DNA of 64,000 bases from Candidatus Altimarinota bacterium (GTDB lineage: Bacteria; Patescibacteriota; Gracilibacteria; UBA4473): positions 1,262,060 through 1,326,059 of the forward strand of contig OZ246423.1 in assembly GCA_965231215.1 (NCBI GenBank). Direction: 5' to 3'. The translations under genes and the position numbers were made by a program. Each line of letters begins with the position of its first letter. The first letter of the stretch is position 1. The notes beneath the pieces are model-generated. The model was not told where the DNA came from. It saw only the letters and a list, made by a program, of their open reading frames with translations, and searched no databases. Shown in pieces: positions 1 through 10,641 of this stretch.

Positions 1-1317
1 CTACCACTCGTGATTATGGAAGTGGCTTTTGGTCAAAGAGCCCAGACAGAAATTGTACAAGCTTATAATAATGTAGCAGGCAGAATAGGAAGGTTTGTTG
101 GATGGTTGGTGATATGTATTATCGCTTTAGTTATAGGATATTATGCAACCATTGTAGCCTGGGGAGTAGATTTCTTTATGGCGAGTCCTACTTTGGCGTG
201 GGGCAATGACGCACAAGGGTTTTTTAATGAGAGAATTCTTAATTTGTCAGCCGATGTAGATACCTGGGGTGGTTTTTCTCGCCCTGTAATACTGGGCCTT
301 ATAATGACTTATTTAGGAGTCTATTTTTCTATTTACAAAGGAATAAAGTCAGTAGGGGCTGTGGTAAAATGGACCGTTCCCCTCCCCTTTGTGTTGTTGT
401 TTATCCTCTTTTTAAATAGTTTATCTCTAGAGGGAGCTATGACTGGTTTTGCCTATTTCTTGGTACCAGATTGGAGCCAGTTAGCCGAGCTTACGCTCTG
501 GAAGGAAGCCCTTTCTCAGGCGTTTTTCTCTATGAATATTGGGTTAGCGTTGACGATTATGTATGCGAGTTTTAATCCTCAAAGACAATCGATTATGCAG
601 TCAGGGATTTTGATTGCTTTGGGAGATGCCTTGGTCAGTATAATGGCTGGATTGGCTATATTTGGAACTTTAGGATGGATGGCTCATAGCCAAAGCATGA
701 ACATAGAATCCGTAGTAACGGCTGGTCCGACATTAGCTTTTGTAACCTTCCCAACGGCGCTTTCGCTGCTTCCATTTGGAGCCAAACTTTTTGCAATGAT
801 GTTTTTCTTAGCCATCTTGATGTTAGCTATAGATTCACTATTTGCAATGGTGGAATGTGTTTCAGTGACGCTTCGAAGACAGTTTCCAGTACTAACAAAA
901 TACAGCCGTGAAAGATGGACTCAAATGCTATGTGTCGTGTGTTTTTTGTGGTCACTTTGTTTTGCTGGAGGAAATGGGTTGTATCGCTTAGATATTTTGG
1001 ATCACTATTTATTTGCTCATTTATTCTACCTCGGGATATGGCTTCAACTCCTAATTATTGGATGGATGCTGCCGATAGAGAAACTCCGTTTGTACATTAA
1101 TCATGTTTCTAAGTCTGAGATACCTGAGGTTTTTAATACATTAGTTAAGTATATTGCCCCAACGGTATTTATGCTGCTCTACTTTTCGACTTTTAGAGAA
1201 GAAATAGCTTTAGATTATGAAGGCTACTCAAAAAAAGCGCTGCTCTGGTGGGGGCTATTCCCTATGTGTTTAGCGGTAGGGATTTCCTGGATACTCTCGT
1301 CTGAAGAAACTAAATAA
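1..1317 (+). CDS. Sodium-dependent transporter (NSS/SNF family), 5' end outside window
   Basis: Frame open from base 1 (LPLVIMEVAFGQ). Motifs YYATIVAW, W..A.SQAFFS, GPTLAFVTFP, LAIDS; about 11 TM segments. Confidence 0.9.
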   Translation, partial: LPLVIMEVAFGQRAQTEIVQAYNNVAGRIGRFVGWLVICIIALVIGYYATIVAWGVDFFMASPTLAWGNDAQGFFNERILNLSADVDTWGGFSRPVILGLIMTYLGVYFSIYKGIKSVGAVVKWTVPLPFVLLFILFLNSLSLEGAMTGFAYFLVPDWSQLAELTLWKEALSQAFFSMNIGLALTIMYASFNPQRQSIMQSGILIALGDALVSIMAGLAIFGTLGWMAHSQSMNIESVVTAGPTLAFVTFPTALSLLPFGAKLFAMMFFLAILMLAIDSLFAMVECVSVTLRRQFPVLTKYSRERWTQMLCVVCFLWSLCFAGGNGLYRLDILDHYLFAHLFYLGIWLQLLIIGWMLPIEKLRLYINHVSKSEIPEVFNTLVKYIAPTVFMLLYFSTFREEIALDYEGYSKKALLWWGLFPMCLAVGISWILSSEETK

Positions 1318-1368
1318 TAAATACGCGCTATAATTTAAAGAAATCTAGAGACAGTAAAACAAAATTCT

Positions 1369-2760
1369 CTATGGCCCAGATTCGACCTTCCTTAATCGCA
1401 GTTTTTGTAGAATATCTTCATATAAGTTATTTTTACTGGTGGTCTCTTTTTGTGTAGTTGTATCAACCGTTGATGGGAGAACCTTTTTAGTCGTTTGTCT
1501 TGTGTTTGTGGTTGTTGGACGAACAGCCTTTTGTTTAGCTAGAAGTTTTTTTCTCAGTTCGGTTCTTTTTCTCAGGAGTTCGGCTTTGCTCATTTTGCTC
1601 GTCTCTGTAGTGTTGGTATTGAGAGCCTTGCGGGCTTGATTATAACGATCTATAAGGAGGGTGTTGGTCCTTCTTAAAACTCGTTTTGGACGAGTCAAGT
1701 GGCTTCTGCTGGCTTTGGTTACACCACTGCCTGAATTGGGGTGGGTAGTAGTCGTATTTTGAGTAGCGGTTTTGTCTTCAACCAAAATTCCATCTTGCCG
1801 TTTAAAACTTTTGTATCGTTGAACTTTTTTAACTCGTTCTCGAATAGTTTTTAGAAATTCTGTTCGAGGTTTTAAAAGATAAGATCCGAGCCCAAAAGAC
1901 TGGCACGTATATCCTTTAAAGCAGTTATCGTCATCAAATCCTCTAGAGATAAGAATGCCTCTACTACAGCTAGGAACTTCATACTGAGGGCAACTAGGGT
2001 TTAAGGGGTCTGGTTCTGGGGTGTTTGGATTTTCAGGATTCAGATTTTTAGGATTCTCTGGAATACCTGGGACTTTTGGGACAGTACTTTCACACCGAAG
2101 ACCTTTAGAACATCCATTGTTATCAAATCCTTGGAAAACCATAAACTGATTTGAGGCACAGTTTGGAACATTAAACCTCGGACATCCAGCGTGTTTTTCT
2201 GAGTCAGTGGCACATCGGTATCCCCTATCGCATCCATCAAGGCTTTCAATTCTCACCCAGTCAGATTCAGCACATTCTGTAGGACGAGCCGGAGCGGGGC
2301 AACTGTTTGTAATGCTACGACATTCAAATCCTAAAAAACAACCATTAGCATCACTGCCCAGAGAAATCCTTTCTTGCTCATTTTCACATACAGGATTAGC
2401 CGGTTCGGCGCAGCTTACTCTATCTGAGACTTTAACCACTTTTCGAGCCATTTCAGCCTTAGTTGAGCCTTCAAAAATAGTGACTACGTAATTTCCAGGT
2501 CTATCAAAACTATGAGTAAACCTTTTAAGCCCCAAAAATTGCGCAGTCTGACTATTTCCGTCTCCAAAATCTATAATAAAAGAAACAAAGGCGTTCTCGT
2601 CATTGGTTTCAGTGGCGACAAACCAGGTTCCAGTTTCATTTGTAAAAAGGGAAAAAGGAGATTCAAAGAGTGCAATATCAAAGCTTTGTGCTTGTGTCAC
2701 TGCTGGCCACAAAAATAAGGGAGAAAACAGAGAGAAGAGACCGAGTTTAAGCGCTTTCAT
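1369..2760 (-). CDS. Secreted protein: PKD-like domain, four 4-Cys repeats, basic K/R/T-rich tail
   Basis: Signal peptide ending TQA; PKD motif IDFGDG..HSFDRPGNYVVT; repeats C-x5-P-x-C-x12/14-GC-x2-G[YF]-x-C. Confidence 0.75.
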   Translation of the reverse strand: MKALKLGLFSLFSPLFLWPAVTQAQSFDIALFESPFSLFTNETGTWFVATETNDENAFVSFIIDFGDGNSQTAQFLGLKRFTHSFDRPGNYVVTIFEGSTKAEMARKVVKVSDRVSCAEPANPVCENEQERISLGSDANGCFLGFECRSITNSCPAPARPTECAESDWVRIESLDGCDRGYRCATDSEKHAGCPRFNVPNCASNQFMVFQGFDNNGCSKGLRCESTVPKVPGIPENPKNLNPENPNTPEPDPLNPSCPQYEVPSCSRGILISRGFDDDNCFKGYTCQSFGLGSYLLKPRTEFLKTIRERVKKVQRYKSFKRQDGILVEDKTATQNTTTTHPNSGSGVTKASRSHLTRPKRVLRRTNTLLIDRYNQARKALNTNTTETSKMSKAELLRKRTELRKKLLAKQKAVRPTTTNTRQTTKKVLPSTVDTTTQKETTSKNNLYEDILQKLRLRKVESGP

Positions 2761-2850
2761 AAATATCTGTATTTATTTCGAAACCAAAAATAACAAGAAC
2801 TATATTTTTGTTCAACCAAAAGTCCTTTACTAAGGCTTTAATATATAGGC

Positions 2851-3762
2851 TTAGTAAATAGTAGTAACCTTGGTTGTTCGGCGGGTATTGGTGGTGGCTC
2901 TTGGTTCGCAGCTATAGCCTTGATTACATCCGTTTACATAGGGCTTAGCAATCAGCCTTCCTTCAGCACAATCCGGAACATTAAATACGGGGCATCGTGA
3001 CTTTGGCGTGTTTGAATGGCTTGTGGTATTTCTTGCCTCACAGCTATAGCCTTGATTACACCCATCTTTGTAGGGCTGAAGGACCAATCTTCCATCTGGA
3101 CACGCTGGTACTTTAACCACTGGACAAATAGGTTTTAGAGGGGGAGGAGTTTGAGTGGTTATAGTAATTTCACATTTATACCCCATATGACATCCATTTT
3201 CGTAGGGTAATTGAACCAGTCTTCCATGAGGACAGGCTGGAACTTTAACCACTGGACAGGTTTGCGGTTTGGCCTGGCAAGTATATCCAGGAAAACAACC
3301 ATTGGTTCTCGGTTGTGGTACTAATTTTCCTCCATCACATTGAGGCACTACCGGGGCTGGGCATCTTCGTGGAACTCTGGGTTCCCAGAATCGTACACAA
3401 TGGTAAGTTTTACAGCCTCTTCCATCAGTTCTAGTTTCAAGTTTTCGATCAGTACTACAGGTTGGAATGCTTGCTTCTTTACATTTTTTCGGTTCAGGAA
3501 GACTATATGGAATGGTCTTAGGTCCTTGGGTATTAACCGTTTGTCTAATGGGGCCTACCGTATATCCGTGAGTCCAATAATCATCGTAGTAATCAGTAAG
3601 TCTATAGTCATCATAATGATTAAAAACACTATCCCCCCAATAAAGATCTATACCAAAATCTAAATCATAATAGGCATAACTCGCCTGGGTCATTCCAAAT
3701 CCAAGGAATCCAATTCCTAGAAATAAAATAAGAGACTGTAGCTGTGTGATAAATTTTAACAT
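2851..3762 (-). CDS. Secreted protein: Tyr/Asp-rich N-terminus and five 4-Cys repeats
   Basis: Signal peptide; five copies such as CPVVKVPACPDGRLVLQPYKDGCNQGYSC. Confidence 0.75.
   Translation of the reverse strand: MLKFITQLQSLILFLGIGFLGFGMTQASYAYYDLDFGIDLYWGDSVFNHYDDYRLTDYYDDYWTHGYTVGPIRQTVNTQGPKTIPYSLPEPKKCKEASIPTCSTDRKLETRTDGRGCKTYHCVRFWEPRVPRRCPAPVVPQCDGGKLVPQPRTNGCFPGYTCQAKPQTCPVVKVPACPHGRLVQLPYENGCHMGYKCEITITTQTPPPLKPICPVVKVPACPDGRLVLQPYKDGCNQGYSCEARNTTSHSNTPKSRCPVFNVPDCAEGRLIAKPYVNGCNQGYSCEPRATTNTRRTTKVTTIY
2909..3258. repeat. Intragenic direct repeats encoding Cys modules (132-bp offset)
   Basis: CAGCTATAGCCTTGATTACA at 2909-2928 and 3041-3060; ACTTTAACCACTGGACA at 3110-3126 and 3242-3258. 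Confidence 0.85.
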
Positions 3763-3897
3763 TTCTATCTAGTTTTATTTTATTAATATTTTTCATAAAA
3801 AAGTCAATGTTTAATTAAGTAAACCTTTATTCTTAGCGGTTAAAACACTAGTAATTACATGAAAAATCTGGTATAATCACGAGAAATAAAAACAAAA

Positions 3898-5970
3898 ATG
3901 CATTTAAAATCATTTTTTAACCCACAATCGGTAGCTGTAGTAGGTGTTTCAGAAAGCCTAAACAAGCTTGGATCAGTGATTTTTCAAAATATTTTAGAAT
4001 CTGGATTTAAGGGGGATTTGTATGGAATTAATCCAAAATTAGATGGTCAAAAACTCTTGGGGCAAGATTGTTTTAAAAGTATTGCTCAAGCGCCACCAGC
4101 GTTAGATCTAGTCATCGTAGTAATTCCAGGAAAGTTTGTCGAATCTGTCATAGATGACTGTGTCCTCATGCAGACCAAAAATATTGCGATCATTTCAGCT
4201 GGTTTTGGAGAAGTTGGGAACCATGATTTAGAGGAATCGATTAAAGAAAAATGTGAAAGAAGTGGAATAAATCTGTTAGGCCCAAACTGCCTGGGAGCTA
4301 TATTCCCCTATGCTAACCTCAATGCTAGTTTTGCTGATGGTTATCCAAAGAAAGGGAATATTTGTTTTGTCAGTCAATCTGGAGCCTTTTGTACAGCGAT
4401 GCTTGATTGGGCGACTGAGAAAGGTATTGGATTTTCTCATTTTATCTCCCTAGGCAATAAGGCTGGAATTTCAGAAATTGATATCTTAGAACATCTAGGA
4501 GATGACCCGAATGTAGATATTTTTGCTTTTTATCTTGAATCTTTGGCTGATGGTCCAGCTTTTCTCGAACAGATTAGAAAAGTGGGGCCTCACAAACCTA
4601 TTATTATTTTAGAACCTGGAAAGTCAGAGAAAGCCGCTGAAGCGGCTTCAAGCCATACCGGCTCTCTGGCTCCAAATTCACGGGTATTAGAAATGGCCTA
4701 CCAACAAGCAGGCGCTATACAAGTATTCTCTATGCGTTCCATGTTTGGGTTGCTAGAAACCCTCACCTACAACGCTGAAAAATCTTTTGGTAAAAATTTA
4801 GCCGTAATTACTAATGCTGGAGGAGTTGGCGTTTTAACGACTGATTTAACTGAAGAAAATAACCTAAATTTGGCTCAATTTAGCACTGAAACTCTCAAAA
4901 AACTTAAAACAGAACTGCCTCTTGAGGCCAACATTAAAAACCCTGTAGACATCATCGGTGATGCTCGAGCTGAGAGATACCAAAAAGCTTTAGAAATATT
5001 GTTAGAAGACAAAAATGTAGATCAAATTTTAGTGCTACTCACGCCACAAAGAACTACAGAAGTGGAAGAAACAGCTAGAGTTATTGGTCAAATTGCTCAA
5101 AATACAACCAAAAATATTGTGGCTAGTTTTATTGGTGGACAGCGAATCTCAAATGGTATTCCCGTTTTAGCCAAACACACCATTCCTCACTTTGAGTTTC
5201 CTGTAGATGCAACACGCGTTTTAGGCCTGCTCGCCAACAGACTCTCAAAAAATATAGCTCAACCAATAGACCTGCTTACCAGACAAGACGAAACCATTGT
5301 TAAACATATTGAAGCAGCGAAAAAAGCAAAAATGAAATCACTGCCACAAGAACACGTGAATGCTCTTTTAAAAGCGTATGATTTTGATTTTCCTCAAAAT
5401 TGTAATTTTGAGGATTATAAAGAAGCACTAGAATGTGCTTCCTCATTTTTCCCCGAGAGTGTGGTAATGAAAATTTCAGCCCCAAACGCTCTACACAAAA
5501 CAGACCTTAAAGGAGTGGTTCTTAATGTCGATACACCAGTAAAATTTAAAGAAGTATGGGAGGGTTTTCAGGCTTCAATCAAAGCCGCTGGCCTCAAAGA
5601 CGCTCGCATCCAGGTACAAGAACAAATCCCTCAAGGCACAGAAATTATTGTCGGTATTACTCGTGATCCAAACTTTGGAAGTGTCATGCTGTTTGGCTCT
5701 GGAGGTATTTATACTGAAGTCTTTAAAGACACTACCGTCCGAGTACTCCCTACCACTGACTTTAATGACATGATTGAAGAAACTAAGATTGGTGAAATCC
5801 TCCATGGAGTCAGAGGGGAAGAGCCTAAAGCGGTTAAACCACTTATCAAAACGATGCAAAAAATGCAGCAACTAGTCCTCGACTATCCAGAAATTGCCGG
5901 TATTGATGCCAATCCAGTTATGGTCACAGAAGATCGAGCCGTAACCGTAGACTTTAAAATCTTAGTGTAA
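3898..5970 (+). CDS. Acetate--CoA ligase (ADP-forming), fused alpha/beta
   Basis: FNPQSVAVVG, LLGPNCLG, SQSGA, SLGNKA, phospho-His SHTG, HKTD and C-terminal ATP-grasp DANP; no GNAT domain. Confidence 0.92.
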   Translation: MHLKSFFNPQSVAVVGVSESLNKLGSVIFQNILESGFKGDLYGINPKLDGQKLLGQDCFKSIAQAPPALDLVIVVIPGKFVESVIDDCVLMQTKNIAIISAGFGEVGNHDLEESIKEKCERSGINLLGPNCLGAIFPYANLNASFADGYPKKGNICFVSQSGAFCTAMLDWATEKGIGFSHFISLGNKAGISEIDILEHLGDDPNVDIFAFYLESLADGPAFLEQIRKVGPHKPIIILEPGKSEKAAEAASSHTGSLAPNSRVLEMAYQQAGAIQVFSMRSMFGLLETLTYNAEKSFGKNLAVITNAGGVGVLTTDLTEENNLNLAQFSTETLKKLKTELPLEANIKNPVDIIGDARAERYQKALEILLEDKNVDQILVLLTPQRTTEVEETARVIGQIAQNTTKNIVASFIGGQRISNGIPVLAKHTIPHFEFPVDATRVLGLLANRLSKNIAQPIDLLTRQDETIVKHIEAAKKAKMKSLPQEHVNALLKAYDFDFPQNCNFEDYKEALECASSFFPESVVMKISAPNALHKTDLKGVVLNVDTPVKFKEVWEGFQASIKAAGLKDARIQVQEQIPQGTEIIVGITRDPNFGSVMLFGSGGIYTEVFKDTTVRVLPTTDFNDMIEETKIGEILHGVRGEEPKAVKPLIKTMQKMQQLVLDYPEIAGIDANPVMVTEDRAVTVDFKILV

Positions 5971-6926
5971 TGGAACACTTTTTTAACCTCATCATCGCCT
6001 CCCCTTTCCCGGTACAGATATTTCTGGCGGGAATTTCTATATTGGGGCTATGGTATGGAAGTGAAAAAGTAATCTGGGGCATTAAGCGAATCGCTCGAAA
6101 GTTTGGCATTTCGGAGCTTATTATTGGTCTAACTATCGTGTCTATTGGTTCAAGTCTACCAGAAATTTTTGTAAATATTTCAGCTGGACTCAATGGAGTG
6201 GATGATATTGGGGTTGGGAATATTGTGGGAAGTTGTTTTGTGCAGATATCGTTCATACTAGGACTTTGCGTGCTCGTTGGTGGTACGATGAAAGGGCAAG
6301 GGAAAGAACTGCATCGCGATGCCCTGATGGTGGTAGGATCAATTATGGCGCTATTTCTTTTAGGGTTAGATGGGGAAATCCAGACCGGTGAGGCCTTGCT
6401 ACTTATCTTTGCGTACGTTTTTTATACGTACTATTTGCTCGTCGCTAATAGAAAAGGATGGAAGGTCCGAAAAAGTGTCTCAAACCTATGGCTTAATATT
6501 GTAGCTTTTCTTTTTGGGGTAGCCCTAGTCTGGTTTTCTGCTGAAATGCTTCTCAAAATTGGGATCAATGCCGGAGAGCAACTAGGCGTAAATCAAGGAG
6601 TGATTGGACTTTTCTCTGGAATTGGAACTTCTATTCCAGAACTTTCTATTTCCCTCATTGCGTTGCTGCGAAGATCTTCAGGATTATCCCTTGGGAACTT
6701 ACTTGGCTCCAATATTACCGATCCTCTTTTCTCACTGGGCGTTGGGGCCGTCCTAGCTCACGGGTATAAAGTCTCTGATTTCTTACTCTTCACCGCTATT
6801 CCTATTTGGTTTGTCGCCAGTTTTGGGGCTATGTCAGTATTTTACCTTTACGGGAAAATGACCTGGAAGCACGCCTCGGTATTAGTCGCTTTTTATATTG
6901 GAGCGTTTTTAGTATTTTTGACTTAA
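5970..6926 (+). CDS. Na+/Ca2+ antiporter (CaCA, YrbG-like)
   Basis: Alpha repeats GSSLPE..GNIVGS and GTSIPE..GNLLGSN. Confidence 0.92.
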   Translation: MEHFFNLIIASPFPVQIFLAGISILGLWYGSEKVIWGIKRIARKFGISELIIGLTIVSIGSSLPEIFVNISAGLNGVDDIGVGNIVGSCFVQISFILGLCVLVGGTMKGQGKELHRDALMVVGSIMALFLLGLDGEIQTGEALLLIFAYVFYTYYLLVANRKGWKVRKSVSNLWLNIVAFLFGVALVWFSAEMLLKIGINAGEQLGVNQGVIGLFSGIGTSIPELSISLIALLRRSSGLSLGNLLGSNITDPLFSLGVGAVLAHGYKVSDFLLFTAIPIWFVASFGAMSVFYLYGKMTWKHASVLVAFYIGAFLVFLT

Positions 6927-7025
6927 AGTTTTCCAAGGCCTAATGGCTTTTGATCTGCTAATTACTTCACCTATTGATTTGTATGAGTTATGGATTTTGG
7001 ATTGAGTTCAAAATGATGGTTGAAC

Positions 7026-8444
7026 CTAATCTTTTTTCACAAACTTACCCACACACTCTACGTGAGATGTGTGTGGAAATTGATCTACTAAACTGAATTT
7101 TTTAAGTTCATATTGTTCTCTCAGTATTTCCGTATCTCTCGCAAGAGTCGCAGGATTACAGGAGACGTAGATAATTTCTTGAGGTCTAAAATCAATAATA
7201 GATCGTAAAGCTTTAGGGGAAATGCCAGCTCGTGGAGGATCCAAAATTACCGTAGGGGGACGACCTTCATATTCCTTCATAAATTTAGTTACATCGTCAC
7301 ACACAAAATTTATGTTATGAATGCCATTTTTAGCAGCATTAGCCTCGGCATCTTCTACCGCAGATTTTATAATTTCTACACTTGTGATTTTGGTATGAGG
7401 ATTTTGACGAGCCATAATCTGACTGATGGTACCTGTTCCGGAAAAGAGTTCTAAAATTTCATCACCACCAGAGACATATTCCTCTACTTTTTTATATAAC
7501 TTTTCAGCCGAAAAAATATTGGTTTGAAAGAAGGAATCTAAAGAAATATCAAAATCTAAATTATTAATATTTTCTGTGATTTTTGCTTCGCCAAAAAGGA
7601 AATTTCGTGAAACATAGTGGTGACTAGCATTTCCCAAATCATTGCTTTGGGTCCAGCAAAATCCCTGGATACGCTCCCCTAGTTCTGATTTTAAAAGTTC
7701 AGCAAGAGCCTCAATGTTTTGAGCCTGGGTTTCATCAACGGTGGTTATAATCTCTACCAAGAAATGAGCTTTTGAAAAACTTTTTCGTACGGTTAACTGC
7801 CTCCAAAATCCTTGATTTTTGCGAGTATTGTACGCGGGCAATTTAGAAGCCTCGCAAAGCGTACGAATTTTGGGAATAATATTTTCAAAGGCCTGATCAA
7901 AAAGGCCTGATGGTTTCTGTAAATTCTGCACAAGCCAAAACTGGCCTCGTTTTTTGGAACCTAAGCCAAATCCCGTATGTGTCCAGGCTCCTTTTGGCCC
8001 TTCTTGGATTAAAGAGGGAGTTGTAGGGTGTTCGTCAGTTGGCCCAAAAGAATACTCCATTTTGTTTCGGTAAAACCAAATTTCAGGAGATTCAATATAC
8101 TCATCAAACAGGGGTTCAAGGTCAGTTTGAGCCAGCCTTTTGAAAAGTTCAAATACTTGTGATTTTTTATGCTGTTGCTGGATTTCTATAGGCAATCCCA
8201 TCCAGGGCGCTCCTGGAGTTTCTTGAAAATCAAGCAAGACTTCATCGGCGGCCCTTTGTAATACTCTTAAAATTTTGCCTTCTGCGTGTCGTCTTTTTTT
8301 TAGCGATATTTTGGCTTCAACTACCTGCCCTGGTAATGCCCCATCTATGAAGATCATAAACGCATCAACTTTAGCTATTCCCTTCCCGCCAAAGGCAAGG
8401 TCTTGAATTTTTAGTTCCAAAATCTGTCCTTTCTTTATTTCCAT
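7026..8444 (-). CDS. rlmD: 23S rRNA m5U methyltransferase (RlmD/TrmA family)
   Basis: N-terminal TRAM domain, YRNKMEYSF, SFFQTN, ELFSGTGT, DPPRAG, YVSCNPATLARD, DQFPHTSHVE. Confidence 0.88.
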   Translation of the reverse strand: MEIKKGQILELKIQDLAFGGKGIAKVDAFMIFIDGALPGQVVEAKISLKKRRHAEGKILRVLQRAADEVLLDFQETPGAPWMGLPIEIQQQHKKSQVFELFKRLAQTDLEPLFDEYIESPEIWFYRNKMEYSFGPTDEHPTTPSLIQEGPKGAWTHTGFGLGSKKRGQFWLVQNLQKPSGLFDQAFENIIPKIRTLCEASKLPAYNTRKNQGFWRQLTVRKSFSKAHFLVEIITTVDETQAQNIEALAELLKSELGERIQGFCWTQSNDLGNASHHYVSRNFLFGEAKITENINNLDFDISLDSFFQTNIFSAEKLYKKVEEYVSGGDEILELFSGTGTISQIMARQNPHTKITSVEIIKSAVEDAEANAAKNGIHNINFVCDDVTKFMKEYEGRPPTVILDPPRAGISPKALRSIIDFRPQEIIYVSCNPATLARDTEILREQYELKKFSLVDQFPHTSHVECVGKFVKKD

Positions 8445-8486
8445 TATTTTGATTCTAGATAAAGTTTAACTGTTTGAAACTTAAAA

Positions 8487-10238
8487 ATGTCGATACAAGT
8501 ATTACCACACAACATTCGTGATCAAATTGCTGCAGGAGAGGTGGTAGAACGGCCAGCCTCTGTGGTCAAAGAGTGTATAGAAAATGCACTAGATGCCGGG
8601 AGTACTAATATTGAAGTTACTCTAGAGGAAGGAGGCAAAAAGCGTATTGTTATCCTCGATAATGGCACCGGAATAAAAGCCACAGAGTTAGAACTAGCAG
8701 TAGAACGTCATGCTACTTCAAAGATTAAATCTATTGACGATCTTTTTGCGATTCAGCATTTTGGGTTCAGGGGGGAAGCTTTGTCAGCGATTGCCGCCGT
8801 GTCGGACTTTACGATTACTTCCAAAACAAAAGAAGCTCAAAAGGCTTCACAACTTACCGTTTATGCGGGACGCAAAGAACCTATCCAAACGGTAGCTCAT
8901 CCAAAAGGGACGACCATAGAAATTAAAAATTTATTTGCCCCCACCCCGGCGAGGTTGCAGTATCTGAAAACTTCAGAAACAGAGTACAGACAAGTTTTGA
9001 AAACCATACAACAATTTGCTTTAGCACATCCTCATGTGGGGTTTCGGCTTAACAAAGAGGCAAAAACAGTTTTAGATTTACCAACGGGTGAGACGGCTAG
9101 AACTCGGGCAGAAACGATTTTGAAACTTTCTAAAAATCAGATTTTAGATTTGGATTTTGGGTATGACAATGTGAAAATTTCAGGATTTATTTGCGCGTCT
9201 GGATATTGCGCTAGAAGTCGGAATCATCAGTTTTTATTTGTAAATGGGCGCCCTATTGAGGATTCACGTATGGCTTATGCTATTCGGGAAGGGTATGTGC
9301 AAAGTGCAGGAATAGAAAAACACCTACACCCAATTTTTGCGCTCAATATTGAGCTAGATCCTTTACTCGTAGATGTAAACGTACACCCACGAAAATTAGA
9401 AGTGAAATTTGCAGAACCTGGAGAAGTGTTTGTAACGGTAAAAAAATCAGTAATGGAAGCGTTAAGATCCTTTAGTGAAATGGCAGCACTACCCCCAATA
9501 CAACACAAAACTTTTACCTCTCCACCGCCTAAAACGCCCCAAAAACCAACGCTAATGTTAGTGCCAAAGTTTAGCCATAACTTTGCTTCGCGCAACACTC
9601 AAAGGGAACAACGGATTCCTAGACTTGAGAAAACAAATATTGAACCTGCCCCTGAAACTCCACAAAGCCTACGAGTTATTGGGCAAGTAGATAAAAAATA
9701 TATTATAGCTGAATCTGAAAAAGGGATGTATATTTTTGATCAGCATGCACTACATGAAAGGCAGCGATTTGAACAGTTTTGGAATGAATGGAAGACTTCA
9801 AAAATTAAGAGTGAAACTTTGTTAGTCCCTCAAGTATTATCAATGAATGAAACACAAATTTCAGTGCTGGCAGAAAATACTAAAGCCTTAAATAAACTCG
9901 GTTTTAAAATAAACTTTACGACAGATAGTTCTGTGGAATTTTTAAGGGTACCAACTGTTCTAAAAGATGAAGATTTACAAAAAATTGCGGAATTAATGGT
10001 CAATTATTTTGACACAGAAAAGTTGGGAGAGCATGTCCTAGATCAAGTAATGCGAAAAGCTTTAGAATACAAAGCGTGTCGTGGATCGATTATGTTTGGC
10101 GATAGACTTGATATTGCAGAAATGGAAAAACTTATTGCGGACTTTGACTCTACTTCATGGAAATTACTCTGTCCTCATGGTAGACCTAACCATACGTTCA
10201 TCCCCTTTTCTGATTTAGATCAACAATTTCATCGTTAA
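8487..10238 (+). CDS. mutL: DNA mismatch repair protein MutL
   Basis: IAAGEVVERPASVVKE, GFRGEAL, DVNVHP, DQHALHER, CPHGRP. Confidence 0.97.
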   Translation: MSIQVLPHNIRDQIAAGEVVERPASVVKECIENALDAGSTNIEVTLEEGGKKRIVILDNGTGIKATELELAVERHATSKIKSIDDLFAIQHFGFRGEALSAIAAVSDFTITSKTKEAQKASQLTVYAGRKEPIQTVAHPKGTTIEIKNLFAPTPARLQYLKTSETEYRQVLKTIQQFALAHPHVGFRLNKEAKTVLDLPTGETARTRAETILKLSKNQILDLDFGYDNVKISGFICASGYCARSRNHQFLFVNGRPIEDSRMAYAIREGYVQSAGIEKHLHPIFALNIELDPLLVDVNVHPRKLEVKFAEPGEVFVTVKKSVMEALRSFSEMAALPPIQHKTFTSPPPKTPQKPTLMLVPKFSHNFASRNTQREQRIPRLEKTNIEPAPETPQSLRVIGQVDKKYIIAESEKGMYIFDQHALHERQRFEQFWNEWKTSKIKSETLLVPQVLSMNETQISVLAENTKALNKLGFKINFTTDSSVEFLRVPTVLKDEDLQKIAELMVNYFDTEKLGEHVLDQVMRKALEYKACRGSIMFGDRLDIAEMEKLIADFDSTSWKLLCPHGRPNHTFIPFSDLDQQFHR

Positions 10239-10627
10239 AATTTTGAACTTTTAAAAAATTCAGGCGAATAAGGTTGAGCTCGTTCTACCAAAATATTAGG
10301 AAATGTGTTTGCAAAGTTTTCTAAATTAAATTGTTGATCATACCCTAATAAAATCCTTTCTGGGGCGACTTCTTCTATCGTTTTAAAGAAATTTTGATCG
10401 GCTCTCCCCAAACGCACCTCTACATTCTCAAAATGCGTAAATTCATAAATAACTCTTTCATATCTTTTTACCTCTGAATTTCTTGGCTTTTTGCCTTTAA
10501 TTTTAAAAACAGTGTTGTCGCGGGCAATGATAATATGCAGCTCTGAAGAATGTGTATAACCAGACCACACATAGTGCTGATGACCAATATGAAAGTTGTC
10601 GAAGGTTCCAGCAATAAGTGTTTTCAT
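10235..10627 (-). CDS. Cytidylyltransferase-family nucleotidyltransferase (archaeal-type FAD synthase RibL-like)
   Basis: GTFDNFHIGH, IARD, LGYDQ, C-terminal KSSK. Confidence 0.85.
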   Translation of the reverse strand: MKTLIAGTFDNFHIGHQHYVWSGYTHSSELHIIIARDNTVFKIKGKKPRNSEVKRYERVIYEFTHFENVEVRLGRADQNFFKTIEEVAPERILLGYDQQFNLENFANTFPNILVERAQPYSPEFFKSSKF

Positions 10628-10641
10628 AAAAAAAGTTTAAC

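Noticed and set aside
2909-3258. Spaced direct repeats as a CRISPR array or DGR template/variable pair
   Set aside because: They are in-frame coding repeats (132 bp = 44 aa) inside one ORF; no cas genes or reverse transcriptase in the window.
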